Shown: piece by piece, positions 9,102 through 18,864 of the stretch | Layout: each line of letters starts with the position of its first letter | Position numbering within the stretch: the first letter of the stretch is position 1 | Origin: Escherichia phage vB_EcoM_R5505 | DNA: 64,000 nucleotides | Direction: 5' to 3' (one strand) | Sequence record: MK373786.1 | Program-made: the position numbers and the translations under genes | The notes under the pieces: model-generated | Told to the model about the DNA's origin: nothing | What the model saw: the letters and a program-made list of their open reading frames with translations, nothing else | Database searches by the model: none

Positions 9102-10915
9102 TGGTGTTTAACCCTATGCATGATTTCTTTATTTTTACCGAGATTAAATCCGCGTTCGTTCGGATTTCCCAAATAACCACATGTTCTTCTTATTGTGTTC
9201 ATCTTTTTAGGATCAGTTTCTCCACAAATAGAACAAACAAATCCGTTTTCAGTAGGAGTCATTTCATGGGTACTTCCACATGTAAAACATTTATCTACTG
9301 GCATATTAACACCAAAATAATCTAAATGTTGTGCAGCATAATCCCATACGGCCTCAAGGCCTTTCAAGTTATTTTTCATATCAGGAAGTTCAACATAAGA
9401 AATGTGACCACCTGTCGCAATGAAATGATATGGCGCTTCACGAGAAATCTTTTCAAACGGAGTAATATTTTCTTCTACTGAAACGTGGAAACTGTTAGTG
9501 TACCAGCCTTTATCGGTAACATCTTTTACACTTCCATATTTTTCTGTATCAAGTTTACAGAAGCGATAACAAAGGTTTTCAGCAGGAGTAGAATACAAAC
9601 TAAAAGCAAACCCAGTTCTTTCAGTCCACTGTTTAAGACGAGCATTCATTTTAGTTAAAATTTCTTGTCCAATATCACGACCGACAAGAATATTCAATTC
9701 GTGAATACCAATGTATCCTAAGGACACTGAACTTCTACCGTTTTTAAATAACTCAATTATATCATCATCAGGTTTAAGACGAACCCCGAATGCACCTTCT
9801 TGGTAAAGAATAGGAGCAACAGTCGCTTTAACTCCTTTTAAGGAACTAATTCTACACATCAATGCTTCAAAACATAAATCCATTCGTTCATTGAACAATT
9901 CAACAAATTTCTGTTCATTGAATTGTGTTCCAATATAAGAATCTAACGCGATACGAGGAAGATTCAGTGTTACAACACCGAGATTATTACGTCCATCAAG
10001 AATTTCATTACCAGTCGAATCTTTCCATACGCTCAAGAAACTACGGCAACCCATTGGAGAAACAGGAATAGATGAGCCAGTGATAGCTTTATTATTCTTA
10101 GCTGAAATAATATCAGGATACATTCTTTTGCTTGCGCACTCTAGAGCAAGCTGTTTAATATCATAGTTCGGATCGTCTTTATAAAGATTAACACCTTCTT
10201 CAACAAACATAACAAGCTTAGGGAAAATAGGAGTTATCCCATCACGACCAAGACCTTTAATACGATTTTTCAGAATTGCTTTCTGAATCATTCGTTCAGT
10301 CCAGTCAGTTCCTGTACCAAATGTAATTGTTACAAAAGGTGTTTGTCCGTTTGAACTAAAGAGAGTATTTACTTCATATTCATAAGCTTGGAATGCATCG
10401 TATACGTCTTTTTCTGTTTTAGACTGGGCATAATTCAACGCATCAGCGATTTGCCATTTTTCTGCATCCTCAATATGTTTTGCATAGGTGCGTTTAACAT
10501 AAGGAGAAAGTACTTTATCTACATTAGCAAAAGTCGTTCCGCCGTATTGATGGGAAGCAACCTGTGCAGTAATTTGTGCCATAATTGCAGTAGCAACACC
10601 GATTGATTTAGGAGTTTCAATCTGTGCATTACCAAGCTTAAATCCATTCTCAAGCATTCCTTTTAAATCTACTAAACAACAATTAGTAAATGGAAGAGCA
10701 GGGGAATAATCAATATCGTGAAAATGGATAATTCCGCTTTCATGCGCTTTCATAATAAAAGACGGGACCATATTTTTGGCAATGTGTTTAGACACAATAC
10801 CAGCCATAAGGTCCCGTTGAGTTGGAAAAACACGAGAATCTTTATTAGCATTCTCGTTTAAAAGGTCTTTATTAGTTTTATGAATCAATCCTTCAATTTC
10901 TTTTTCAATTGTCAT
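9098..10915 (-). CDS. nrdD: Anaerobic ribonucleoside-triphosphate reductase, 605 aa, uninterrupted
   Basis: 605-aa ORF with C-terminal Cys cluster (CFTCGSTHEM...CSICG); continuous reading frame, no intron. Confidence 0.95.
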   Translation of the reverse strand: MTIEKEIEGLIHKTNKDLLNENANKDSRVFPTQRDLMAGIVSKHIAKNMVPSFIMKAHESGIIHFHDIDYSPALPFTNCCLVDLKGMLENGFKLGNAQIETPKSIGVATAIMAQITAQVASHQYGGTTFANVDKVLSPYVKRTYAKHIEDAEKWQIADALNYAQSKTEKDVYDAFQAYEYEVNTLFSSNGQTPFVTITFGTGTDWTERMIQKAILKNRIKGLGRDGITPIFPKLVMFVEEGVNLYKDDPNYDIKQLALECASKRMYPDIISAKNNKAITGSSIPVSPMGCRSFLSVWKDSTGNEILDGRNNLGVVTLNLPRIALDSYIGTQFNEQKFVELFNERMDLCFEALMCRISSLKGVKATVAPILYQEGAFGVRLKPDDDIIELFKNGRSSVSLGYIGIHELNILVGRDIGQEILTKMNARLKQWTERTGFAFSLYSTPAENLCYRFCKLDTEKYGSVKDVTDKGWYTNSFHVSVEENITPFEKISREAPYHFIATGGHISYVELPDMKNNLKGLEAVWDYAAQHLDYFGVNMPVDKCFTCGSTHEMTPTENGFVCSICGETDPKKMNTIRRTCGYLGNPNERGFNLGKNKEIMHRVKHQ

Positions 10916-11385
10916 TTTAAACTCTTTCTAAGCTGCTTCTTAAATGAAGCTATTAATTGTGTTTTAGTGTCAGATTCATTATATTCAAATCCTCTTTGAA
11001 GCATCTCAGCCATCATTTCCTCTTTTCCTAAACGAGAAAATTCCTTTGATTTATCTCCAACGAAGTTAGGGTGAATATTATTTTGGGTGTAATCGGATTT
11101 TAAATAAGTAAGTAAATTTTCTAACCATTCAAGATAATCAACACCTTGTCCCTTTAAGCCAGAACGATTAAATTTATGCTTCATTTGACCTTCTGCGGCA
11201 TTGCAGAGATTACAAAGCAATCCACGCACCTTTCCTGCTTTTGGTCCATTTAATTCATGGTCATGGTCGAGGTGATTAGCTTGAACGTCAGGATTTAGTT
11301 CTCGTTGGCAAATTAAGCATTTACCGTTTTGTGCATTATAAAATTTTTGTTTTTCTTCTTTGTATAATTTGCCAGTCAATAACAT
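10912..11385 (-). CDS. 49: Endonuclease VII (Holliday junction resolvase), 157 aa
   Basis: 157-aa ORF with zinc-binding cysteines (CLICQ...CNLCN) and HLDHDH motif; matches T4 gp49. Confidence 0.9.
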   Translation of the reverse strand: MLLTGKLYKEEKQKFYNAQNGKCLICQRELNPDVQANHLDHDHELNGPKAGKVRGLLCNLCNAAEGQMKHKFNRSGLKGQGVDYLEWLENLLTYLKSDYTQNNIHPNFVGDKSKEFSRLGKEEMMAEMLQRGFEYNESDTKTQLIASFKKQLRKSLK

Positions 11386-11434
11386 AATAAAATCCTTACC
11401 TTAAATAGATAAGGGTATTTATTATTTTCAAGTA

Positions 11435-11899
11435 TTAAAATGCTCGGTCAGAAAAAGAAATTTGAGTTTCAAGCCATTCAATATATTCTGCCGCAGCTTG
11501 CATCAAATTTCCTTCGTAATCATCAATATCTTTTTTCAACGCCGATTTAGCTAATGCGTATGAAATACGTTCACCTTGAAAACCGGCTTTAGGCTTCTGA
11601 ACAACTTGATTAGTTCGCTCTACAACTTCTTCAATTTCGCCATTTTCTACTGATTCAGTATTCCACAAGCACCAATACGTAATTGGCTTATCGTAGATGT
11701 TAATAATCTTTCCATCAGAAAGTTCAATTTCAATAATTCCAGTATCAGGCTCTATATCATCTTCACATTCTTTTGCAAGTTCACGAACTTTAAAGACAGT
11801 ACCTGCACTAAGTTCCGGCCAGTAATTACACAGCCCTGTATCAGCACGATTAATTCTAAACCACTTATCTACTGTAATCATGTCCCATCTCCATATCAA
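11435..11899 (-). CDS. Hypothetical protein, up to 154 aa
   Basis: Track ORF at the position T4 places pin/49.x genes; identity not established. Confidence 0.45.
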   Translation of the reverse strand: MIWRWDMITVDKWFRINRADTGLCNYWPELSAGTVFKVRELAKECEDDIEPDTGIIEIELSDGKIINIYDKPITYWCLWNTESVENGEIEEVVERTNQVVQKPKAGFQGERISYALAKSALKKDIDDYEGNLMQAAAEYIEWLETQISFSDRAF

Positions 11900-12004
11900 T
11901 TAAGTCATTTATCGTTGGTTCATTATACACCGTTTCTTCATCAGTGTAAACCGGTTCTTCCGGCTCTGGCTCTACAGTTTCCCATCTAGCCGCCCACCAA
12001 GGTT

Positions 12005-12325
12005 TTATAGCGTAATCCATTCTCGTACTATCTGAGTTACTACACGTTCACGGGGCTCGACTAGTTCAACAGTCGGAACTGCATAATACCAGTCAGAATG
12101 ATAAGAACCTGACCGAGATTCATTTACCGCTACATGTACATTATGTTTTGGACTAAAGTAAACACACTGACGATATTGGCATTTACCATCTTGCACCCAG
12201 TCTTCTATTTCGATAGGTTTAAGATAGTCGGAAAAATCGAAATCATAGTTTTCTGAAAATGCATCATGGTCTTCAATGATTTCACTCAGAACTGCATCAA
12301 CATCTAATTTATTTTCAATAGTCAT
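12005..12325 (-). CDS. Hypothetical protein, 106 aa
   Basis: Track ORF in early array. Confidence 0.5.
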   Translation of the reverse strand: MTIENKLDVDAVLSEIIEDHDAFSENYDFDFSDYLKPIEIEDWVQDGKCQYRQCVYFSPKHNVHVAVNESRSGSYHSDWYYAVPTVELVEPRERVVTQIVREWITL

Positions 12326-12335
12326 TTTTCACCAA

Positions 12336-12545
12336 TTAATTTCGCAATTTATTAAGTTCTTCATAATCAATCCAGGATTCTAATCCTGATGGCAAATCAG
12401 ATTCAATTTCCCAAAGAAGTTCTTCAATTTTATGAAGACGATCTAGTTCTTCAGCAGGAATAGTAACCATTGACGGAGCTCTTGCTACATTAATATCGTA
12501 AATCATATTTACCCCAGTTTGACCATACAATCGCCGTATTTCCAC
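12336..12545 (-). CDS. Small hypothetical protein, 69 aa
   Basis: Track ORF. Confidence 0.4.
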   Translation of the reverse strand: MEIRRLYGQTGVNMIYDINVARAPSMVTIPAEELDRLHKIEELLWEIESDLPSGLESWIDYEELNKLRN

Positions 12546-12724
12546 TTAGAAATAGACTTTTCACCGTTAGAATAATAAACTTCAAGTTTAGCACGATTAT
12601 TTTTAATTTGAATAACCTTTGCTGTCATCAAAGTTCCATACCCATAATAAACTGCAACTTCATCACCTACATATACCGCGCTTCCGCGGTAATCGTGAAT
12701 ATAGTCAGTTCCTTCGAGCATCAT
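12509..12724 (-). CDS. Small hypothetical protein, 71 aa
   Basis: Track ORF; ATGA overlap with nrdC stop. Confidence 0.4.
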   Translation of the reverse strand: MMLEGTDYIHDYRGSAVYVGDEVAVYYGYGTLMTAKVIQIKNNRAKLEVYYSNGEKSISKWKYGDCMVKLG

Positions 12725-12984
12725 TTAAAATATTCTCGCAGTTGGTCAAATCCACCAATATGACTTCCATCAGGAGCAAATACTTGTGGCATTGTCAAAC
12801 CAATTTGAGTATCACGACCTAGTTTAGTCAGAAGCTCAGCGATTTTCTCATCATCAAAAACACCTTTTTCCGGCATAATGTTGATAAATTCAAACGGCTG
12901 TTTCTTCACGGTCAAAAGACGTTTTGCATTATCGCAATACACACATTTATGAATGTTGCTATCATAACCATATACTTTAAACAT
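12721..12984 (-). CDS. nrdC: Thioredoxin/glutaredoxin for ribonucleotide reductase, 87 aa
   Basis: 87-aa ORF MFKVYGYDSNIHKCVYCDNAKRLL with CVYC redox motif. Confidence 0.85.
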   Translation of the reverse strand: MFKVYGYDSNIHKCVYCDNAKRLLTVKKQPFEFINIMPEKGVFDDEKIAELLTKLGRDTQIGLTMPQVFAPDGSHIGGFDQLREYFK

Positions 12985-12985
12985 A

Positions 12986-13228
12986 TTATTCCTTAATTCC
13001 TAGTACTTGTTTAAAAGTCTCGTCGTAATCAAGACTTTGGCCCGTTTGTTCTTTATGTTTGTATATAATATCACTTACTTCTGATAGCATATTTTTATAT
13101 GAACGAGTTAAAGCAGATTTAAGCACGCTGTATCTATCAGGAAATTTACCATGTTCATTATAATAAGCTATTGCTAATTCACGGACTGCCTTTTCAGCAG
13201 TCTCCATATATTCTTTACGCTTGGTCAT
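12986..13228 (-). CDS. Small hypothetical protein, about 80 aa (start trimmed)
   Basis: Track ORF 12986..13387; upstream part overlaps the zinc-ribbon ORF in another frame, so start placed at [13 protein letters not shown]. Confidence 0.4.
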
Positions 13229-13532
13229 TTTCTTCTCGGTCAAATCGGTGTTTACAATGGCGACATTTATAACGAAGATTACTAGTCTGCCAATGGACCA
13301 ATTGCACCTGTTCAGTTCCACATTCAGGGCAATTAGGAACGTTTTTAGAAGCCCTTTCACGACGCTTAACCATAGCCATAATGGCATCCCATGCTGGAGG
13401 TTTAAAATCTAAATCGTCACAACCATGAATCTTTCCACGCATTTCCATATCATCTTCCTCACCAGCCATAATAATTTTAATTAAACTGGAATTACTTGAA
13501 GCTGCAATGTCTTCTAATAGACGCTTTTTCAT
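13215..13532 (-). CDS. Zinc-ribbon protein, 105 aa
   Basis: Paired Cys motifs CPECG...CRHCKHRF. Confidence 0.5.
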
Positions 13533-14458
13533 TTCAATACCTCAATAGCATTACGTAAACCATTTGCTTTTGCATTAAGAGCTTTTAACAATTTGGTGTG
13601 TTCTGCAATTTGGGCTTCAACTTCAATCAAACGAGCATTGAGATATTCGCGTTCTTCACTCAGATTATCAACCTTTTCTACTTTAGGCTCTTTTACAACT
13701 GTCTTATATGTATTAGGGTTCTTCAGTTTAATTAGAATGCGTGAACTGTATAACATTGAACCATTATCTTCGGTTTCGTCATACATTTCTACTACATCCA
13801 TAATTTTTAACATCATGCGGAGTTTATAAGACAACGAACGAATAGTTTTGTTGTGCTTATTAATTTCTTTAGCTGTCATGGTGCCGAGATTACGTGAGTA
13901 ATAATAAGGAACCTGGATATTAATTAATACTGATGAACCACCTGGCTTGTGTGTTACTTCATCAGCAATAACCCAATCCTTAACATGAACTGTATTTGTA
14001 CGGTCATCGCCCGCGGTAAATAGTTTGCGAGCATGCTTAAAAAGCATATTCACTTGGTCATTGAATTGACAAGCAAATTTATCAGCAAATTTAGTTTCAG
14101 GAATGGTAGATAACCAATCAGCCAAATGGGTCTTTTTAACATCGTTAACAATAGTAAATTCAACCAAATCAGTTATAGATGTCTCAGATTTAATAAAGCT
14201 CGGCTTCATAAAGTTTTTAATGTTATCGCGAGCTACAGTAGAAGATAACATACGAGAACGTTTAAACCATTGAAGCAAATTGCCCAACGAATGAGAATAA
14301 GCGTTTTGAGTATCTTTACAGATATGATTTTCCTGGCCAACATATTGAAGGAAATCACGAAGAATATTATTGATTACTGCTCTGTGTCCGATCTGATAAT
14401 TACGGTGTTTAGTAATAAGACTGTCAAAATAATCAATATAATGTTTACGAGTTTTCAT
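13529..14458 (-). CDS. Hypothetical protein with C-terminal coiled-coil, 309 aa (family member 1 of 4)
   Basis: Track ORF; C-terminal about 45 aa heptad-like ([42 protein letters not shown]). Confidence 0.6.
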   Translation of the reverse strand: MKTRKHYIDYFDSLITKHRNYQIGHRAVINNILRDFLQYVGQENHICKDTQNAYSHSLGNLLQWFKRSRMLSSTVARDNIKNFMKPSFIKSETSITDLVEFTIVNDVKKTHLADWLSTIPETKFADKFACQFNDQVNMLFKHARKLFTAGDDRTNTVHVKDWVIADEVTHKPGGSSVLINIQVPYYYSRNLGTMTAKEINKHNKTIRSLSYKLRMMLKIMDVVEMYDETEDNGSMLYSSRILIKLKNPNTYKTVVKEPKVEKVDNLSEEREYLNARLIEVEAQIAEHTKLLKALNAKANGLRNAIEVLK

Positions 14459-14510
14459 ATTCTTCTCACTTGGTTAATGATTTATACTCCGAGCCATCCT
14501 TGGCTTTAAA

Positions 14511-15512
14511 TTACTTAATTAACTGTAAAGCTTGTTCAAGACGATCAAGACGATTAACGGATTCTTCCCAAATCTTTTTAGCCTGCTCATATTCTTTCTG
14601 CGCTTTATTAGAAATTTCTAGAACTTCTTTATAAGCTTTTTCTAGTGCAATAACTTCTGGACGAATTTCTACCGGTTCAGGAGAATCATCAAGATTATCC
14701 ATTAGTTCCTCAAGGGTAGTTTCTTCTTTAGGAGTATTCACAATTTCATCACATTTTTGTTGGTAAATTTCTTTATCAGTCGGTGAGTACGCACACTTTA
14801 CTTCACGAAGACTAACTACAATTTTATATCCTTCCCAACCGCATATATTCTTAAAAGGATATGTATGAATATTTTCTACTGTTTCCATACAAAGTAATGC
14901 GGTCTCTAATTGACGAGTTATAGTGCTAGCAATTGAGAAAAATTTATTAATGTTCTTTTGGTTAGTTTCTGGTGTAAAAAATCCATAATTCACAAAAATA
15001 GCTACTTTATTTTTATCAAGTTCATATTCTTTTATGATAATCATATCAGAAGCCAAAGGATGAATTTGACGATAATCACCATAACATAATTTAGAAGCTG
15101 ATTTTAGAATTTGCTTCTTAAAAAGTCTGAAATTACTAATCCAACGACGAGTAAAAATATTCTCAGGGTCTTCTTTATTATTAAGATGATAAGAATTAAC
15201 ATCACCGAACCAATTATATCCTACTACATCTTTGGTTCGTTTAATTTCTTTCCCAAAATTACCAAGAATATCCCGATTAACCAAATATGAAAGAAGACGA
15301 GACTCTTTAAAGGTTTTCTTGATAACATCTTTATCTACACGGCTAGAAATTTTACGAATTTCATGAATAAATTTAGTAGAAGAAACAATACTTGCATCAA
15401 CACTATTGAGCCATTGATTGATAATAGAAAGAACGATATTTTGACCAAACATCGGTATAGCTTTATCATCAATAACGCTATTGAATGATTTGATATATTC
15501 GTTACGAGTCAT
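14511..15512 (-). CDS. Hypothetical protein with C-terminal coiled-coil, about 333 aa (family member 2 of 4)
   Basis: Track ORF 14511..15542; start moved to internal ATG 15512 (MTRNEY) with GAGGAG upstream, because the early promoter at 15541-15570 overlaps the upstream ATG. Confidence 0.6.
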   Translation of the reverse strand: MTRNEYIKSFNSVIDDKAIPMFGQNIVLSIINQWLNSVDASIVSSTKFIHEIRKISSRVDKDVIKKTFKESRLLSYLVNRDILGNFGKEIKRTKDVVGYNWFGDVNSYHLNNKEDPENIFTRRWISNFRLFKKQILKSASKLCYGDYRQIHPLASDMIIIKEYELDKNKVAIFVNYGFFTPETNQKNINKFFSIASTITRQLETALLCMETVENIHTYPFKNICGWEGYKIVVSLREVKCAYSPTDKEIYQQKCDEIVNTPKEETTLEELMDNLDDSPEPVEIRPEVIALEKAYKEVLEISNKAQKEYEQAKKIWEESVNRLDRLEQALQLIK

Positions 15513-15540
15513 ATTAATCTCCTCATTAGAAAGTAAGAAC

Positions 15541-15570
15541 ATTATACCACATCCTTGTGGCGAAGTAAAC
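15541..15570 (-). promoter_or_regulatory. Early-type promoter (GTTTAC-N18-TATAAT)
   Basis: Minus strand GTTTACTTCGCCACAAGGATGTGGTATAAT. Confidence 0.55.
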
Positions 15571-16595
15571 TAGTTTAGTGCATTTAGTGCATTGTTCAGT
15601 TTAGAACGTTGCTTTGTCAGATTTTGAACCCTTGACTGAGCTTGTTCTAACACCTTTTCAGCTTCTAGCACTTCATTGGTCGCTTTAACGAGTTCATCAT
15701 CTACTGCCTTAAGAGACTTCTCAATCGCGTCAGCGTGCCATTTTTCTACAGGTTTAAGACTCGGATTTTCAACAGGAAGAAAATTCACTTTATTGAATTT
15801 CCATGCATCATTATTACCTGAACTATACATCCAAAATTTAGAATCGTTTGATGAGCAATTGGATAAATTTAAATTTAAGTTATCTTGCACTTCTTGCTTT
15901 TTCTCTTGCGGGACTTCGTCCTTTCTCAAAAAATCGTATTTAAATGAAACAATCATATCAAGTTCATATGTTGTCGTATCTAACTTAAATCGTTCAAAAC
16001 GAGGTAAAATCTTAGATTGAACAGCAGCAACAACATCCATATACTTAAATGCTTCTGTCAACTGTGATTTAAGGCATTCACAAATTGAAAGAGAATTTTT
16101 TGTATTAGGTTTAAAGCTAATTCGTGCAGTTCTATTATTTTCTTTAAATGGTCTTACTTCCATCTGAAGAGTATAACCATCAAATTTCAGATTCTTTAAG
16201 TTAATATCAGAACCTTTTAATCGACTAGCAGTAGACAAAATTTGCTTTAATTGTCTACGGAACAGAGCAATAAATCTCCATTCAATACGATAATGATTTG
16301 GATTGAAAAATCCTGTTGATAAATCGACCTTACTTTGACCAACGCCTTGAACAAATAGAGGATTTTTATAATCAATAGTTTTACAGAAATCGGTGAGCTG
16401 CTCACGAGCAGTCATTTGTGTAATATATCCCGCTTTACTAAAATGACGTAACCATTCACTGCTATTCATATACTTAAAGTGAATGGAACTATTAACTCTA
16501 TCAGGGTCTAAATTATTTTGGCACAAAAATGTCATAACATTACGGGTATAGCTGGCATTACGAACCATATCTTCAATTTGAGAACGAGTTTTCAT
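15570..16595 (-). CDS. Hypothetical protein with C-terminal coiled-coil, 341 aa (family member 3 of 4)
   Basis: Track ORF; starts MKTRSQ like member 1 (MKTRKH); C-terminal heptad-like segment. Confidence 0.6.
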   Translation of the reverse strand: MKTRSQIEDMVRNASYTRNVMTFLCQNNLDPDRVNSSIHFKYMNSSEWLRHFSKAGYITQMTAREQLTDFCKTIDYKNPLFVQGVGQSKVDLSTGFFNPNHYRIEWRFIALFRRQLKQILSTASRLKGSDINLKNLKFDGYTLQMEVRPFKENNRTARISFKPNTKNSLSICECLKSQLTEAFKYMDVVAAVQSKILPRFERFKLDTTTYELDMIVSFKYDFLRKDEVPQEKKQEVQDNLNLNLSNCSSNDSKFWMYSSGNNDAWKFNKVNFLPVENPSLKPVEKWHADAIEKSLKAVDDELVKATNEVLEAEKVLEQAQSRVQNLTKQRSKLNNALNALN

Positions 16596-16603
16596 AGTGT
16601 TCC

Positions 16604-17512
16604 TTAAGATTTAAGTAAATCAACAATTTTAATTAATTTTTCACGCTCAGATTTAGCTTTACTACTCAATCCAGATAATCTGAAAATTTCATCGTCATAT
16701 TGTTGAATAGAAATATTCAGCTCTTCAATTTGCTTATTAAAATAATCAATTTGTTCAGAATGTTTTTCGTTACTACGAACTGGTACAAGTTTTGTAGGCA
16801 ATTTAGTTGAACTGGATTCATCCGGGCGATAAATTAAAATACAACTTGAACCAATAGGGCATTTAGCACCAGATGAATATTCTAATGTTCCGGCTTCTTT
16901 TAAAACTTCAAAAGCTAAACAGAGATGATGCCCCATATTAACATAATCTGTAGAGTGAGCTCTGATATAATAATCATCGCCGCGAATACTAAATTTAAAG
17001 CATTTAAGGTCTTCTGTATTATTGGTCTTAAAAATCATTTGTTTATCTAGACCTTTAGCTAATCGAGCGCCTAATGCTAATAATCGTCGTTGATTTTCCC
17101 ACAAATCCGCAATCATTTGATCGAATGATAATTTCGGCATTAGTCGACCATAAAGGTCATATCCTTTATTATAATTACGAAGGATTTCACTCGCGTTAAT
17201 ACGAGACAATGCTCCAATTTTATTAAGGGCTTTCATGATGCGATTAGATAAACCCATTCCAGACCCGTTTGTTCGTTGTAAATGTTTATCTAATCCAAAC
17301 CCAATATCAACTTTAAATTTATCTAAAATTTCAGCATGAACATCTCTGTCAATAACATTCAAATCCAAAGTTGGGTTAAATCTATGAAAAAATTTATCTG
17401 GCTCTCCACGACGAAGTATAGTCCATTCATTCAATTTTTTATTAACTAAAGATTTAATTACTGCATTGACATTATTAATTACTACTGACATATTTTCCTC
17501 ACTCAATTTCAA
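16604..17512 (-). CDS. Hypothetical protein with C-terminal coiled-coil, 302 aa (family member 4 of 4)
   Basis: Track ORF; C-terminal heptad-like segment (NKQIEELNISIQQYDDEIFRL...EREKLIKIVDLLKS). Confidence 0.6.
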   Translation of the reverse strand: MKLSEENMSVVINNVNAVIKSLVNKKLNEWTILRRGEPDKFFHRFNPTLDLNVIDRDVHAEILDKFKVDIGFGLDKHLQRTNGSGMGLSNRIMKALNKIGALSRINASEILRNYNKGYDLYGRLMPKLSFDQMIADLWENQRRLLALGARLAKGLDKQMIFKTNNTEDLKCFKFSIRGDDYYIRAHSTDYVNMGHHLCLAFEVLKEAGTLEYSSGAKCPIGSSCILIYRPDESSSTKLPTKLVPVRSNEKHSEQIDYFNKQIEELNISIQQYDDEIFRLSGLSSKAKSEREKLIKIVDLLKS

Positions 17513-17906
17513 TTTTACTAAATATACAGAATAAGATAGAACAGACTATATAAGCACCACACACAGATTGAACTAATACCATTCCAAAGAACCAAACAAT
17601 ATTATCAAACAATGTCTGTTTTACGTCGAAAGGACGTAAACTTACAGTAATATTATCGCCTTTTTCTATTGATGAATACATCTCTGGGGAAATATATTCA
17701 CTAAATCTATAACCGTCTTTGAGTTCATATACGGCAATAAACGATAAACTAGACCCCTTTCCTTGAGTTCCTGTAAGGGTATTAACTACAGTAACATCAT
17801 AATCTTTATAATGCATATAATCATTAATTGCGTAATAACCATATGCAACTACTACACATAAACAACATATCAATAAATTCAATCTTTTAATTATCAACTG
17901 TTTCAT
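17499..17906 (-). CDS. Membrane protein, 135 aa
   Basis: Hydrophobic N-terminal segment (LLICCLCVVVAYGYYAI) and C-terminal TM-like segment. Confidence 0.5.
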   Translation of the reverse strand: MKQLIIKRLNLLICCLCVVVAYGYYAINDYMHYKDYDVTVVNTLTGTQGKGSSLSFIAVYELKDGYRFSEYISPEMYSSIEKGDNITVSLRPFDVKQTLFDNIVWFFGMVLVQSVCGAYIVCSILFCIFSKIEIE

Positions 17907-17961
17907 AATAATCTCAATTAAAAGGGCTTAGAACCATTATACCATCCTTGGTATAAAGCGG

Positions 17962-18489
17962 TTATGCGAGTACCGTCTTTAACCGTTCTTCAAACTTCCG
18001 AAGAGTATTCTGGCGTTCAGCTCTTTGCTTTTTGTAAGTTTCAATACGCTCTGAAATGAGAGTGTATCGTTCATTTACTGATTCTTTCATAAAATCAGGA
18101 ATTTCACGAGAAGCTTTAATCTCATCAAATTTATCAATAACAGCTTGCTCTTCAGCAATTAAGTTATCATACATCAAAATATCTTTCTTGATGAACTCAA
18201 TATCTTCTTGAGTTACACGAGATAATTTAGATGCTTTATCCTTTTTGTACTGTTCGTTAGTATCACGAGACCAGTGTAATGTACGATTTTTATTCGTATT
18301 TTTGTAAATTTCTACAATACCAATCTCATCAATAATAACGATCCAATTCCAACGGGATTTGTAAATTTGTCCTCCATCAACCGTGATTTCACCTCCGATT
18401 GAGATGTCATTAAAGAACTTGCTTTGTGCTTCTGATTTAAATTTACCATCATTGTAATTTACCAGGTTGAAAATATCTTTAGCGTTCAT
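17962..18489 (-). CDS. Hypothetical protein, 175 aa
   Basis: Track ORF directly downstream of early promoter 18518-18547. Confidence 0.5.
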   Translation of the reverse strand: MNAKDIFNLVNYNDGKFKSEAQSKFFNDISIGGEITVDGGQIYKSRWNWIVIIDEIGIVEIYKNTNKNRTLHWSRDTNEQYKKDKASKLSRVTQEDIEFIKKDILMYDNLIAEEQAVIDKFDEIKASREIPDFMKESVNERYTLISERIETYKKQRAERQNTLRKFEERLKTVLA

Positions 18490-18517
18490 TTTCTGTTCCT
18501 CCGTAGTTGATAGTTGT

Positions 18518-18547
18518 ATAGTACCACAGAGGAACAGTCTTGTAAAC
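18518..18547 (-). promoter_or_regulatory. Early-type promoter (GTTTAC-N18-TACTAT) within conserved promoter cassette
   Basis: Minus strand GTTTACAAGACTGTTCCTCTGTGGTACTATACAACTATCAACTAC; same block recurs at five other sites. Confidence 0.55.
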
Positions 18548-18549
18548 CA

Positions 18550-18864
18550 CTAAAAGAAACTTCTTTCACAATTTTTTCCACTGAACCATGCGCTCACTGC
18601 TTTCTTAGTCTCAGGAGCAGTGTTATCCATAAACCATTCAAAGGCAGCCTTTTTATGATTCTGGAGGGCTTCTCGGGCTTTAATCTGCTCACGGTCTATT
18701 AACACTAACATATGAGCCTTTCTTGTCACCAAGGGCTTCTTATGATTCTTGGAGTATTCCCAGTCATTTGTCCAACGCATTGTCGTTGCGAACTGAAATA
18801 CTGCTTCTTTAATTTTAGTTTCGTAAATTTCACGAGCCTTTGAGTATAACATCATTACCTCCAT
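18550..18864 (-). CDS. Hypothetical protein, 104 aa
   Basis: Track ORF. Confidence 0.5.
   Translation of the reverse strand: MEVMMLYSKAREIYETKIKEAVFQFATTMRWTNDWEYSKNHKKPLVTRKAHMLVLIDREQIKAREALQNHKKAAFEWFMDNTAPETKKAVSAWFSGKNCERSFF

Noticed and set aside
9098-10915. Group I intron or homing-endonuclease insertion in nrdD
   Set aside because: The reading frame is continuous for 605 codons with no insertion or internal stop; none present.
12986-13387. Full 133-aa ORF
   Set aside because: The N-terminal 53 codons overlap the zinc-ribbon gene in another frame and look like a spurious extension; trimmed to an internal start.
17936-17965. Additional early promoter near 17940
   Set aside because: A TATAAT-like hexamer is present on the minus strand but the position corresponding to -35 reads ATAACC rather than GTTTAC; too weak to call.
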